Assembly: GCA_046538535.1 (NCBI GenBank)
Contig: JBKHIS010000001.1
Location: 1-44,356 of the forward strand
Reading direction: 5' to 3'
DNA: 44,356 bases
Origin: Candidatus Hadarchaeia archaeon
GTDB lineage: Archaea; Hadarchaeota; Hadarchaeia; Hadarchaeales; JAGGTB01
The notes beneath the pieces were generated by a model, which saw only the letters and a program-made list of their open reading frames with translations, was not told the DNA's origin and made no database searches. Made by a program: the position numbers and the translations under genes. Shown here piece after piece: positions 1 through 8,257 of this stretch (position 1 is its first letter; every line of letters starts with the position of its first letter).

Positions 1-1
1 A

Positions 2-1069
2 CTAGGGGTGCCGGTTCAGTGTGGAGAAGCTCTTTCAGAGGGGGCCTTAATTGATCTCAATATTGAGCCGGATCCTAGGTGGGCAATTAACAAGATAGAC
101 AGCACCAAACTGATAGCTCCTTCCGGTAAGGTTGTGGAGATCTCTCAGAAGTCGGCTGTTAAGGTTGGATATATATTGGATAGGAAGGTTTTCGATGAAG
201 ACCTCGCGGTGAGAGCGGTTAGAGCGGGATCCGATATAAGGGTTGATACGTTTGTTAAGGGCTTGCTTCTGGAGGAGGGTGTAAAGGGTGTAAAGTTTGA
301 TTCCAATGGAAAAACCGTGAGAATAGAATCAGATATAGTGATAGCTGCTGACGGTGTAATGTCAAAGGTTGCTCGATGGGCCGGACTGGATACGAGTTTG
401 GGGCCGATGGATATTGAGTCTGGGACTCAGTTTAAGATGGTTGGTATAGATATAGAGGATCAACATTCCATGGACTTTTATTTTGGAAGCGAAATCGCTC
501 CTGGGGGATATATATGGATATTTCCAAAGGCCGAGGATGTGGCTAATGTAGGAGTTGGAGTTCTACCTGGGCTAGCTGAAAAATCTTCCATCGAGTATTT
601 GAAGGACTTCATATCTTCTAGACCGGAGTTAAGCAAAGGTAAGGTAGTTGAGGTTAATGTGGGTGGAGTGCCCGTTTCTGGCCCAATTGAGGAAACTGTA
701 GCTAATGGTTTAATGGTAGTTGGGGATGCAGCTAGGATGGTAAATCCGATGACCGGTGGCGGTATAAACTTTGCCATGAGATCTGGGAATATAGCGGGTA
801 AGGTTGCGGCTAAATGTGTCGAGGAAGAAGATTTTTCTAAAGATAGGTTAATGGAATACGAACAGGGGTGGAAGGAAGAGATAGGGGGAAAGTTAGAGAA
901 ATATACTAAGGGAAAGGATGTACTTCTTGATCTTTCTGACGATGATCTAGATGATGTTGCGGATACTTTTCAAGATGTGGATTTTGAGGAGATAAGTCTT
1001 ACTAAGATGCTTAAAACTTTGGCTACAACTAATCCGCGGCTAACTTGGAAGCTTAAGGATTTTATTTAG
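2..1069 (+). CDS. Geranylgeranyl reductase family flavoprotein (digeranylgeranylglycerophospholipid reductase-like), 5' end truncated by the window edge
   Basis: The frame is open from the window edge. Motifs PVQCGEALSEG, IAADGVMSKVARWAGL, FYFGSEIAPGGYIWIFPK and GDAARMVNPMTGGGINFAMRSG match archaeal GGR. The N-terminal FAD GxGxxG segment is missing, so the true start lies upstream. Confidence 0.85.
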   Translation, partial: LGVPVQCGEALSEGALIDLNIEPDPRWAINKIDSTKLIAPSGKVVEISQKSAVKVGYILDRKVFDEDLAVRAVRAGSDIRVDTFVKGLLLEEGVKGVKFDSNGKTVRIESDIVIAADGVMSKVARWAGLDTSLGPMDIESGTQFKMVGIDIEDQHSMDFYFGSEIAPGGYIWIFPKAEDVANVGVGVLPGLAEKSSIEYLKDFISSRPELSKGKVVEVNVGGVPVSGPIEETVANGLMVVGDAARMVNPMTGGGINFAMRSGNIAGKVAAKCVEEEDFSKDRLMEYEQGWKEEIGGKLEKYTKGKDVLLDLSDDDLDDVADTFQDVDFEEISLTKMLKTLATTNPRLTWKLKDFI

Positions 1070-1085
1070 TCGCTTAAAGCTGGTT

Positions 1086-2417
1086 TCAGGGCTTTAATCT
1101 TTTTCTATCTCTTGGGAAAAGTACGCATTCTCTAATGTTGTCCGCTCCAGTAATGACCATTACTAGTCTTTCTATTCCCAAACCCCATCCTGCGTGGGGT
1201 GGCATGCCCCAATCGAAGTTTTTCAGATGATAGTCAAATTGCTTTGGGCTTAGACCGTCCTTTTTGAGCCTTTCTTCTAGTAAATCCTTCTGATGAATTC
1301 TAGTTCCACCTGAAGCCAATTCTATTTCATTATATAGGAGATCGAAGGCCTCACATATTCTTTCATCTTCCTTGTCGGGCATTATGTAGAAGGGTTTTTC
1401 CTCTGTTGGCCAGTCTACCACAAAATAGGGTTTTCCCATTATCCCCCCAAGCACTCTCTGCTCAGGGATTGAAAAGTCGTCACCCCAACTTATATTCTCC
1501 CCATTTGTTTGCAATTTGTTGATGGCTTCTTGGTAGGTTATTCTTGGCAGAGGTTTTTCGGGCACTTCGATTTCCATCTCAAGAGTTTCAAGTTCTTTTT
1601 CTGCTTCATTTTTGATTCCTTGAAGTATATTAATGATTAACTCCTCTAGGATTTCCATTACGTCTTCCTTTGTGGCATATGCCATTTCTAGGTCCCCAGA
1701 GAGTACTTCGTTTAAGTGATATCTGGTATCGTGCTCCTCCGCTCGGAATACCGGTCCGACTTCGAACACTTTTTCGAAGCTACTAACTAGAACTTCCTTG
1801 TATAGCTGGGGGCTTTGGCTAAGGAACGCTTCTCGATCGAAGTATTGGATGGGGAAGAGGGCTGTTCCCGATTCAGTTGCGCTGCCAACCATTTTTGGTG
1901 TGTTAACTTCGTGGAACCCCCTACTGAGCAGATTTTCTCTAAATATCTGTAATACATGATTCTTAATGCTTAGAATTGCGTTGGGTTTAGGTCTACGTAA
2001 GTCCAGAGGTCTTGCGTCAAGTCTGGTGTCGAGATCGGCATCCACTCGTCCTGTAGGGTCAAGGGGTAAAGGGGTTTTTGCTTTTCCGAATTCTTTAATT
2101 TCTTCAGGTATTAGTTCCACTCCGCCTGGTGCTTTATCGGATTTTTTAATCTTTCCTTTAACTCCAATTGCTGATTCCTTGTTAAGTGAGTCAAATTCAT
2201 CGAAAACGTTCTTATCTACCTTTGATTTAGGGGCCGTGATTTGAACTTTTCCAGTCGAATCCCTTAGGTTGAAGAATTTGATACCACCTAAATCCCTAAT
2301 GTCTTCCACCCATCCCATTAAAACGGCTTCTTTACCTTCTTCTTTGGGAATAATCTCGGAGCAGTAATGGGATTTTCTCCATTTTCCTAACCGATTAGAT
2401 TCAATCATTTTTATCAT
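1086..2417 (-). CDS. aspS: Aspartyl-tRNA synthetase, archaeal/eukaryotic type
   Basis: 443 aa. N-terminal OB anticodon-binding region (GWVEDIRDLGGIKFFNLRDSTGKVQIT) and class II motifs (QSPQLYKE, FRAEEHDTRYHLNE, GGTRIH, GLGIERLVM). Confidence 0.93.
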   Translation of the reverse strand: MIKMIESNRLGKWRKSHYCSEIIPKEEGKEAVLMGWVEDIRDLGGIKFFNLRDSTGKVQITAPKSKVDKNVFDEFDSLNKESAIGVKGKIKKSDKAPGGVELIPEEIKEFGKAKTPLPLDPTGRVDADLDTRLDARPLDLRRPKPNAILSIKNHVLQIFRENLLSRGFHEVNTPKMVGSATESGTALFPIQYFDREAFLSQSPQLYKEVLVSSFEKVFEVGPVFRAEEHDTRYHLNEVLSGDLEMAYATKEDVMEILEELIINILQGIKNEAEKELETLEMEIEVPEKPLPRITYQEAINKLQTNGENISWGDDFSIPEQRVLGGIMGKPYFVVDWPTEEKPFYIMPDKEDERICEAFDLLYNEIELASGGTRIHQKDLLEERLKKDGLSPKQFDYHLKNFDWGMPPHAGWGLGIERLVMVITGADNIRECVLFPRDRKRLKP

Positions 2418-2574
2418 TCCGATGACGCTTTTAACTTCTATTTTGTTTTTTTATGTCTTTCCTGTTGTCGAATTGTCTACACAAGTCACCAGATGTTGGC
2501 TTGAGGTCCCTATTTTTTGTAGAGCCGTCGTTTTGTTGTCCTATAGACAACGAATTGTTTACCAATGGACAACT

Positions 2575-2982
2575 TTATTTTTTCCTTTTTTCCAATTCTA
2601 CTAGCCTTTTTTCGAGCCTTGATCTTATTTTTTCTATATTTCCTTTTTCGTGTGCAAGCTTCAAATAGTCTCTTAGGTCCTCCATTAGTAGTTGTGTAGC
2701 TTCGGGATCTAAAATACCCCCATAAACGGCAAGCTCTAATGTAAAGAATGATTCTATAATCTTGTTATATCCCTTTTTCCACCTTTTCCAAGCTCCAGAT
2801 CGGTTAATTCCTAGTTCTGGGGAAATATCACTGAAACTTATGTCTTCTCTCCTAAAATACAGCATTAATGCCTTTAATTCTCCTTTTTTCAGGTTTGATC
2901 TTTCCAATAGTGCTTGAGATAAGGGGTTGTTTTCTATCCATTCGTCGATTTCTTTGGCTATATCCTTTATTTCTTCCTTCAT
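2575..2982 (-). CDS. Small HTH DNA-binding protein, Tfx / sigma-70 region 4 / YlxM-like
   Basis: The segment LKKGELKALMLYFRREDISFSDISPELGINRSGAWKRWKKGYNKII has the layout of a LuxR/sigma-r4-type HTH, followed by a coiled-coil tail. The ORF track starts at a TTG (3081). I prefer the ATG at 2982 (MKEEIKD) because 3027-3081 is occupied by the repeat array. Confidence 0.6.
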   Translation of the reverse strand: MKEEIKDIAKEIDEWIENNPLSQALLERSNLKKGELKALMLYFRREDISFSDISPELGINRSGAWKRWKKGYNKIIESFFTLELAVYGGILDPEATQLLMEDLRDYLKLAHEKGNIEKIRSRLEKRLVELEKRKK

Positions 2983-3026
2983 ATTGTGTTTCCTATTTTG
3001 GGAAACAGTTGAAAAGTCTTTTGGTT

Positions 3027-3178
3027 TGTAGTAGTCCTTTTTATTGATATAATTCGTAGACTGTTGGGTAACCGTCCACAAAAATTTGTAGTCTTCGGGT
3101 AAACAAGATGCGATACCGGTAGTTTTATGTAGTCTTTAGGGCAACGATTTATGTAGAATGTTGGTCATCGGGTAAAAA
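3027..3178 (+). repeat. Array of five same-orientation TGTAG-type repeats in a divergent control region
   Basis: Copies: 3027 TGTAGTAGTCC; 3055 CGTAGACTGTTGGGTAAC; 3087 TGTAGTCTTCGGGTAAAC; 3128 TGTAGTCTTTAGGGCAAC; 3152 TGTAGAATGTTGG..GGGTAAAA. Copies 3 and 4 share TGTAGTCTT..GGG.AAC. Copies 2 and 5 share GTAGA.TGTTGG. Two copies overlap TATA-like TTTATGTA. Confidence 0.6.
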
Positions 3179-3832
3179 ATGAGACTAAATATAGTTAAGT
3201 ATATACCACCAGAGGTTCGACTAAAGATTACTCAAGATTTTATTGAGGAGAAGGGTATACGCCCACTTGCTAGGGAGATAGACGTGAATCCTAAGTCTGT
3301 TTATAAGTATAAGGAAGGTGATTCCTGTCCAGGTCATGAAGTTATGGAAAAAATTTTGGCTTTAGTCAGAAAAGAAAATGAGGAACTTTATGAACGTAAC
3401 ATGGAATTGTTAGAAAATGGTTTTTCTAATGCTTTAGACAAAGCTTTGGGAGGGGGGTATAGTAATTCTGTTGAGATAGGTGTTGAAAGTGTTGGCCAGA
3501 AGGCTACGAGTGGGGCCTCTGTTGGTTCTGAGGAAACGGATTCGGAGGGAGATAAGACTGTAGACTTTGAGGAAACGAGTGAAGGAATTCCCTCGGAAAA
3601 GATCTGCAGTGAAATTGGTGTAACTAATCCGTTTAATAAGTCAAAGATAAAAAAGATCCTGGACTCCCTTGTAAATTCTCCAGGGTTGAGTATGGAGGAA
3701 TTGGTTGAGGAGACGTCACTGTCGGAGTCTGCAATTGAAAAATATTTGGAGATGTTGGAAAATAATAACTTTGTTGAAATGGATGATTCAGGATATAAGT
3801 TGCTGGTTGGAGTAGGAGGGGTTGGAGCGTGA
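3179..3832 (+). CDS. Hypothetical DNA-binding protein with an N-terminal HTH and a C-terminal winged-helix-like domain
   Basis: 217 aa. N-terminal HTH (IRPLAREIDVNPKSVYKYKEG), an acidic/Ser-Gly-rich linker, and a C-terminal segment LSMEELVEETSLSESAIEKYLEMLENNNFVEMDDSGYKL resembling a wHTH. Its stop overlaps the next gene's start (GTGA). Confidence 0.65.
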   Translation: MRLNIVKYIPPEVRLKITQDFIEEKGIRPLAREIDVNPKSVYKYKEGDSCPGHEVMEKILALVRKENEELYERNMELLENGFSNALDKALGGGYSNSVEIGVESVGQKATSGASVGSEETDSEGDKTVDFEETSEGIPSEKICSEIGVTNPFNKSKIKKILDSLVNSPGLSMEELVEETSLSESAIEKYLEMLENNNFVEMDDSGYKLLVGVGGVGA

Positions 3833-4746
3833 CTTCGTTGTTGGAGAAGAAGTTTACTCTGGATAAGTTTGATAGAAGAAAGGGTGCTTTTTTTGATCAA
3901 TTTGGATGGGAGTTTATGCCCTTTGCACAGAAGGATCCTTTGCCTGATTCCGAGCTATTAGTTCCACATCAGAAGGAAGAAATACAAGGATTAATAGACA
4001 TGATTAAGGAGGGAGATTTGGTATCTTTTATAGTTTCAGATATTGGGATGGGAAAGACTACTCTTTGTAGATTTCTTGAGGATGAACTTCCCAAGGAAAG
4101 TGATCAGGATATAGTTACTGTTTTTTTGCATGGGCCTTCGATTGATGATAAAGAGCAGATGATAAGGGTTATTCTTGAGGATTTGGAGCTAAAGGCAGAG
4201 AGAGGAAATATTGCTATGGAGTTTGATCAACTTAGGAAATGGCATGAGAATTATCCAGAGTTCCTGCTCTCTATCATTATCGATGAGTTCCCCGATATCG
4301 ATAAGGATTCTTTGGAGATGGTTAGATCGCTAGTGGACTTAAAGGGTGTGGTACTGATAGTAAACGGACAGAAAAACAACCTTCTCGACTTTACTGAGAA
4401 ACAAGCACCGGCACTGTACCAGAGGAAAAGGCATGTTTTGGAGTTGGAGCCTATGGAACGTGACGAGGTTAGGGAGCTGCTTATATATCGCATGGCGTGG
4501 GCACGAGGAGGAAATTATGATAATAGGTCTATTGAGCCATTTACTGAAGATGCGGTAGATGCTATTTACAAGAAATCAGATGGTGTTCCCAGAAAGGTCC
4601 TGAAGCTGGCTGGAGACGCTATCTATAATGCAATTGAGAAGGACAAAACTATAGTGGATGAGTCGCTTGTTTATTCTCAGGAGAGGGAAACATCTGTGGA
4701 AGGTTCTTCACGAGGCTTTTGGTCCTCTCTAAAATTTTGGGAATAG
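3829..4746 (+). CDS. AAA+ P-loop ATPase, ExeA/GspA- and TniB-like (AAA_22-type)
   Basis: 305 aa. Walker A SDIGMGKTTL, Walker B LLSIIIDEF, and a lid-like SDGVPRKVLKLAGDAIYNA. The overall layout (FG..F.PF N-terminus, QRKRHVLELEPM) resembles ExeA-type ATPases. No DNA-binding domain is present. The GTG start overlaps the upstream stop by 4 nt. Confidence 0.7.
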   Translation: MTSLLEKKFTLDKFDRRKGAFFDQFGWEFMPFAQKDPLPDSELLVPHQKEEIQGLIDMIKEGDLVSFIVSDIGMGKTTLCRFLEDELPKESDQDIVTVFLHGPSIDDKEQMIRVILEDLELKAERGNIAMEFDQLRKWHENYPEFLLSIIIDEFPDIDKDSLEMVRSLVDLKGVVLIVNGQKNNLLDFTEKQAPALYQRKRHVLELEPMERDEVRELLIYRMAWARGGNYDNRSIEPFTEDAVDAIYKKSDGVPRKVLKLAGDAIYNAIEKDKTIVDESLVYSQERETSVEGSSRGFWSSLKFWE

Positions 4747-4796
4747 TTCTTAGGAAAGATAACATATTTTAGTGAGGAAATACCTATTCTATCAAA

Positions 4797-5411
4797 ATGA
4801 CCTACGAATTTGATTTTGATCTGACTCGAATATCTCGATCCTTTTTTAGAGAGCTCGCAAATTTTTCTGAGGAGAAGGGGATCCATAAGGGCGTCGGCGA
4901 TGTAGTACAAGAGGCAGTTGATCGATTTGAACTGCAGGAAAGGACTGGTGTACCCGTTTCGGATACGGTAAAGGTTATGAATGACATGATAGACATTCAC
5001 GCGCGTAATCTCTCTAACGAAAAGGAGTTTGAGGAGGCAAATAAGAAGGCAATGTTCCTACCGCATTGTGCTAGGAAATACATGGACAAGAGGTGTCAAG
5101 CGGATTTTGATCCCGAACTCTCTTCCTATAATTGCAATCATTGCTCCGAGGACTGCTTGATTAACAAGGCAACAAAACTTGGCGAGGAGAACGGATACGA
5201 TGTTTTCACTCTTCCTGGAGGGTCCTGTATACTTAAGATAATGAAGAAAAAGGAGTACGAGGCCGTATTGGGCGTGGCCTGTTCGGATGAAATAAATTTA
5301 GGGGAAGATTACCTTGATAAGTATGGAGTTATCTATCAGGGAGTACCGCTGCTGAAAAATGGGTGCTCTAATACAGAATTCAATATGGATACACTCAGAA
5401 AAATTATTTGA
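4797..5411 (+). CDS. DUF116-family Cys-rich protein
   Basis: 204 aa. FLPHCARKYMDKRCQADFD..YNCNHCSEDCLINKA..GYDVFTLPGGSCILK..AVLGVACSDEINLG matches the conserved cysteine pattern I recall for DUF116. Confidence 0.65.
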   Translation: MTYEFDFDLTRISRSFFRELANFSEEKGIHKGVGDVVQEAVDRFELQERTGVPVSDTVKVMNDMIDIHARNLSNEKEFEEANKKAMFLPHCARKYMDKRCQADFDPELSSYNCNHCSEDCLINKATKLGEENGYDVFTLPGGSCILKIMKKKEYEAVLGVACSDEINLGEDYLDKYGVIYQGVPLLKNGCSNTEFNMDTLRKII

Positions 5412-5413
5412 GC

Positions 5414-6430
5414 TTAACATATCCGAGGTGTAGGAGCGCCAACGGGTGATCTAAGTATTCTTTTACCACCTATTTTGGTCTTTAAGATCACTTTTCCTTG
5501 ATTTTCTTTTGTAACTTCTCCTATTATCTTCGCTTTTTTCCCAAATTTGGTATTTTGTATTGCTGTCAAGATTTCTTGGGCCTTTTCTCTCTTAACCCCC
5601 ATTATGGCCTTTCCTTCATTTGTAAGTTGAAGAGGATCTATCCCCAGCATTTCGGTCATGTTTCGGACTGACTCGGATATGGGTATTTTTTCTTCGTTGA
5701 TTAGAATTCCCACTTTTGATTTTGAGGCCATTTCGTTAAGAGTGGCAGCTAGCCCCCCGCGAGTGGGGTCCTTCATTGCGGTTATCCCGCCTAGTTTAAT
5801 TCCTGCTTTAATAGTGTCCCAGATTGGATTTACGTCTGATTTAATTTTTCTCCCCATCTCTATATTTTCTCTGTGAGCTATTATTGAGGCTTCGTGTTCT
5901 CCAATGCTTCCAGTTACAATTATTCTGTCTCCTTCCCTCAATCCATCATCGGTTATTACGGAATTGCTTATGCCTAGTCCTGTTGTTGTTATAATCATCC
6001 CGTCCAAAGAGTCCCTCTCCATAACTTTTGTATCACCGGTCACAATGGGAGCTCCTACTTTTTTTGCTGTTTTGTCCATTGAATTGGTTATTTTTTCCAG
6101 ATTCTTAATGGGAAATCCTTCTCTTAGCACTATGGCGCTTGCCAGCGCTATTGGTTTTCCTCCCATTACGGCGACATCGTTAATTGTTCCCGACACTGCT
6201 AATTTTCCTATGTCTCCACCCGGGAAAAAAAGGGGCTTTATTGTATGGGAGTCAGTGGTTAATACTAAGCTATTGTTCTCGATTTCTATAACAGCGCCAT
6301 CGTCTAATTTTTTCAGGCCTATAGGTATGCTTTCTTTTTCTAGAGTCTTATCTAAAATAGTTTTTTCAAGAAGTTTTAGCATCGCTTCTCCTCCGGCTCC
6401 GTGTTTTAATGATATTTTCTCATCTTTCAT
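5414..6430 (-). CDS. hypE: [NiFe]-hydrogenase maturation protein HypE
   Basis: 338 aa. PurM/AIR-synthase-like fold motifs (LKHGAGG, DDGAV, TTDSH) and the diagnostic C-terminal PRIC. Confidence 0.93.
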   Translation of the reverse strand: MKDEKISLKHGAGGEAMLKLLEKTILDKTLEKESIPIGLKKLDDGAVIEIENNSLVLTTDSHTIKPLFFPGGDIGKLAVSGTINDVAVMGGKPIALASAIVLREGFPIKNLEKITNSMDKTAKKVGAPIVTGDTKVMERDSLDGMIITTTGLGISNSVITDDGLREGDRIIVTGSIGEHEASIIAHRENIEMGRKIKSDVNPIWDTIKAGIKLGGITAMKDPTRGGLAATLNEMASKSKVGILINEEKIPISESVRNMTEMLGIDPLQLTNEGKAIMGVKREKAQEILTAIQNTKFGKKAKIIGEVTKENQGKVILKTKIGGKRILRSPVGAPTPRIC

Positions 6431-6683
6431 TATTCGAGATCACCGATTTTTCATTGCTCTTGCTAATTTCTGTCTTCGCTATTTCGTTCCAAGAATTGAT
6501 CATTTCTTCAGCTTCTTCCGGTGTGAGGAGTTGTATTGCATACCCTACGTGGACCAGGACATAGTCGCCCTTTGAGGGCTTTTCGACGAGGTCGAGTTGT
6601 ACCTCTCTTTTTGCTCCTCCGAAGTCTACACTCGCAGTATTTTCATTTATTTCAACTATTTCTCCTGGTACCGCAAGACACAT
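6420..6683 (-). CDS. hypC: [NiFe]-hydrogenase maturation chaperone HypC
   Basis: MCLAVPGEIVEI N-terminus. The essential Cys must follow the initiator Met, so I place the start at the ATG at 6683 rather than the GTG at 6695 used by the ORF track. The gene overlaps the hypE start by 11 nt. Confidence 0.88.
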   Translation of the reverse strand: MCLAVPGEIVEINENTASVDFGGAKREVQLDLVEKPSKGDYVLVHVGYAIQLLTPEEAEEMINSWNEIAKTEISKSNEKSVISNNER

Positions 6684-6747
6684 GTCGATTCCCACTATAT
6701 GTATTGTTGGTGATAACTTTAATCAGATGTTCTTTTATTTTGGATAT

Positions 6748-7479
6748 ATGAACGAGTATCCTAGATTCGATCTCCATGTACATACAGTTTATTCCGATGG
6801 ATTTGCCGAGCCCGAAAAAGTAGTTGAATCCGTCTTGGGGACTAATTTAAAATTGTTAGGTATAGCGGATCACGGTCCTGGTCTTGGGGTTGGAATCACG
6901 AACAGCAACTTTGAGCGTTATATTAAGGATATTAGGATTCTTAAGAAGGATTCAGACCTTCCCATTTTACTTGGTATAGAGGCGAACATCTTGGATAGTG
7001 AAGGAAGGTTGGATATACCATCTTACCTTGTAAATGAACTCGATTACATAATGGCTGGAATTCATCTAGCTGAGTATTCCTCCATGGATTTGGATAGGTT
7101 TGCTCGGGGTTATCTGGAGAGGCTGATTAAATCAATAGAGGATAATGAAATAGATATAATTTCTCATCCCTTTTGGTACAGAGGAGACGTTTCTAGGCAT
7201 CTCTCTGTAGAAGAAATAGATTCCTTTATCGAGGTGGCTCTTCGGAATAATGTGGCAGTCGAGCTTAATCAAAAGTATCGGGCTCCTGACGGTCTTTTGC
7301 TGTCGAGGTTGTTGAATTCTGATTTGAAGATTAGTCTTGGTTCGGATGCTCATTCCCTCGAAGAGGTGGGTATGGTTGAATGGGGAATAGGAAGACTCAA
7401 GGAGAGCGGAACGGAAAAAAGCAGATTGGTATTTTCGGATTTAATGGGTGATTTGGATTACGGAACTGGGAGTTTCTAA
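6748..7479 (+). CDS. PHP-domain metal-dependent phosphoesterase (histidinol-phosphatase-like)
   Basis: Motifs FDLHVHTVYSDG, IADHGPG, ISHPF and GSDAHS. I chose the start at MNEYPRFDLHVH (6748). The ORF track start at 6682 would overlap hypC head-on. Confidence 0.8.
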   Translation: MNEYPRFDLHVHTVYSDGFAEPEKVVESVLGTNLKLLGIADHGPGLGVGITNSNFERYIKDIRILKKDSDLPILLGIEANILDSEGRLDIPSYLVNELDYIMAGIHLAEYSSMDLDRFARGYLERLIKSIEDNEIDIISHPFWYRGDVSRHLSVEEIDSFIEVALRNNVAVELNQKYRAPDGLLLSRLLNSDLKISLGSDAHSLEEVGMVEWGIGRLKESGTEKSRLVFSDLMGDLDYGTGSF

Positions 7480-7921
7480 TTTTACCGGGCGAGTGGTTAT
7501 CTTGGGCATAGGAAATGAAATGAGAGGGGATGATGCTGCGGGAATAGAGGTTGTTAAAAGGGTTAAAGGGAACGTTAATTCGTCTAGGGTTTTGACAATT
7601 AATGCAGGCCCGGTTCCTGAAAATTTCCTGTCAAAGGTTGTAGAATTTGACCCGGATCGAATTTTAATGGTTGACAGTGTAGATGCGGATAAAGACCCTG
7701 GAGATTTAATCCTGGTTGAAGCATCTGATATATCAAATCCTTCGTTATCGACCCATAGCCTTTCGTTGGAGAGAGTCGTTGATTTTTTGGAAGATTCAAC
7801 TGAAGCGGAAATCTCTTTTTTGGGGATACAACCTAAATGGTCGGAATTTGGATTAGGACTTTCGAAGGAAGTGGAAGAATCGGTGAGGGATCTTTCGGAT
7901 TATCTGATAGAGCTATTGTGA
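7448..7921 (+). CDS. hycI: Hydrogenase maturation endopeptidase (HycI/HybD family)
   Basis: VILGIGNEMRGDDAAGIEV and STHSLSL motifs at about 150 aa. The start is uncertain: the ATG at 7448 overlaps the PHP gene by 32 nt, and an in-frame GTG at 7493 is an alternative. Confidence 0.85.
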   Translation: MIWITELGVSNFTGRVVILGIGNEMRGDDAAGIEVVKRVKGNVNSSRVLTINAGPVPENFLSKVVEFDPDRILMVDSVDADKDPGDLILVEASDISNPSLSTHSLSLERVVDFLEDSTEAEISFLGIQPKWSEFGLGLSKEVEESVRDLSDYLIELL

Positions 7922-7933
7922 AATCTATCCGAC

Positions 7934-8257
7934 TTACTTTGTTATAAAATCCTCTTTATTGAAGCTTGCGAGCTCGAAGTTTTTGGACATTTCAATGGCA
8001 TTTGTGGGGCAGTTCTCGGCGCATTCGCCACAGTAGATACATCTTCCCAAGTCAATAATGGGTTTTTCCTCGTCATCGTATTCAATGGCCCATGCTGGAC
8101 ATACTCTGGCGCAGATTCCGCAACTAACGCACTTATCTCTGTCTACGATCGGCTGCCCTCTAAAGCCCTCGGGGGGTTCTCTAGTTTCCTTGGGGTACTT
8201 TAGAGTTGCTGGCTTACTAAAAAGATTTTTCAGAACTTCAGGTATGAGTCTGGGAAT
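7934..8257 (-). CDS. mbhN: Membrane-bound hydrogenase subunit MbhN (NuoI-like 2x[4Fe-4S] ferredoxin), with a non-canonical start
   Basis: Not in the ORF track. My translation is IPRLIPEVLKNLFSKPATLKYPKETREPPEGFRGQPIVDRDKCVSCGICARVCPAWAIEYDDEEKPIIDLGRCIYCGECAENCPTNAIEMSKNFELASFNKEDFITK. It has two CxxCxxCxxxCP motifs. The frame opens at ATT directly after the mbhM TAA. GGTGAT lies 4 nt upstream of the ATT. Confidence 0.85.
   Translation of the reverse strand: MPRLIPEVLKNLFSKPATLKYPKETREPPEGFRGQPIVDRDKCVSCGICARVCPAWAIEYDDEEKPIIDLGRCIYCGECAENCPTNAIEMSKNFELASFNKEDFITK

Noticed and set aside
2535-2551. Perfect hairpin GTTGTC-CTATA-GACAAC downstream of the Tfx-like gene, considered as a terminator
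   Set aside because: On the transcribed (minus) strand it is followed by an A-rich tract, not a T-rich one, so it does not look like an archaeal oligo-T terminator. Function is unknown and I have low confidence in any call.
2464-2560. TTGTCGAA / AATTGTC motifs upstream of aspS that are shared with the palindrome upstream of endA-trpS (29577-29605), considered as a possible common aaRS operator
   Set aside because: The shared exact matches are only 7-8 nt. For two AT-rich regions of about 150-300 nt searched on both strands, roughly one such match is expected by chance. AATTGTC also occurs elsewhere (for example near 43208).
3027-3178. Replication-origin interpretation of the repeat array next to an ORC/Cdc6-like AAA+ gene
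   Set aside because: The repeats do not resemble the ORB or mini-ORB consensus I know. All are in direct orientation rather than inverted around an AT-rich unwinding element. The ATPase lacks the Orc1/Cdc6 winged-helix domain and looks more ExeA-like.
3388-3900. 170-aa minus-strand ORF
   Set aside because: It is antisense to the HTH and ATPase genes, which are translationally coupled and have clear motifs. It has no start context of its own.
5904-6575. 223-aa plus-strand ORF
   Set aside because: It lies entirely antisense to hypE/hypC, which have diagnostic motifs. The product is low-complexity (Ser/Pro/Ile-rich) with no recognisable domain. This is a typical shadow ORF.
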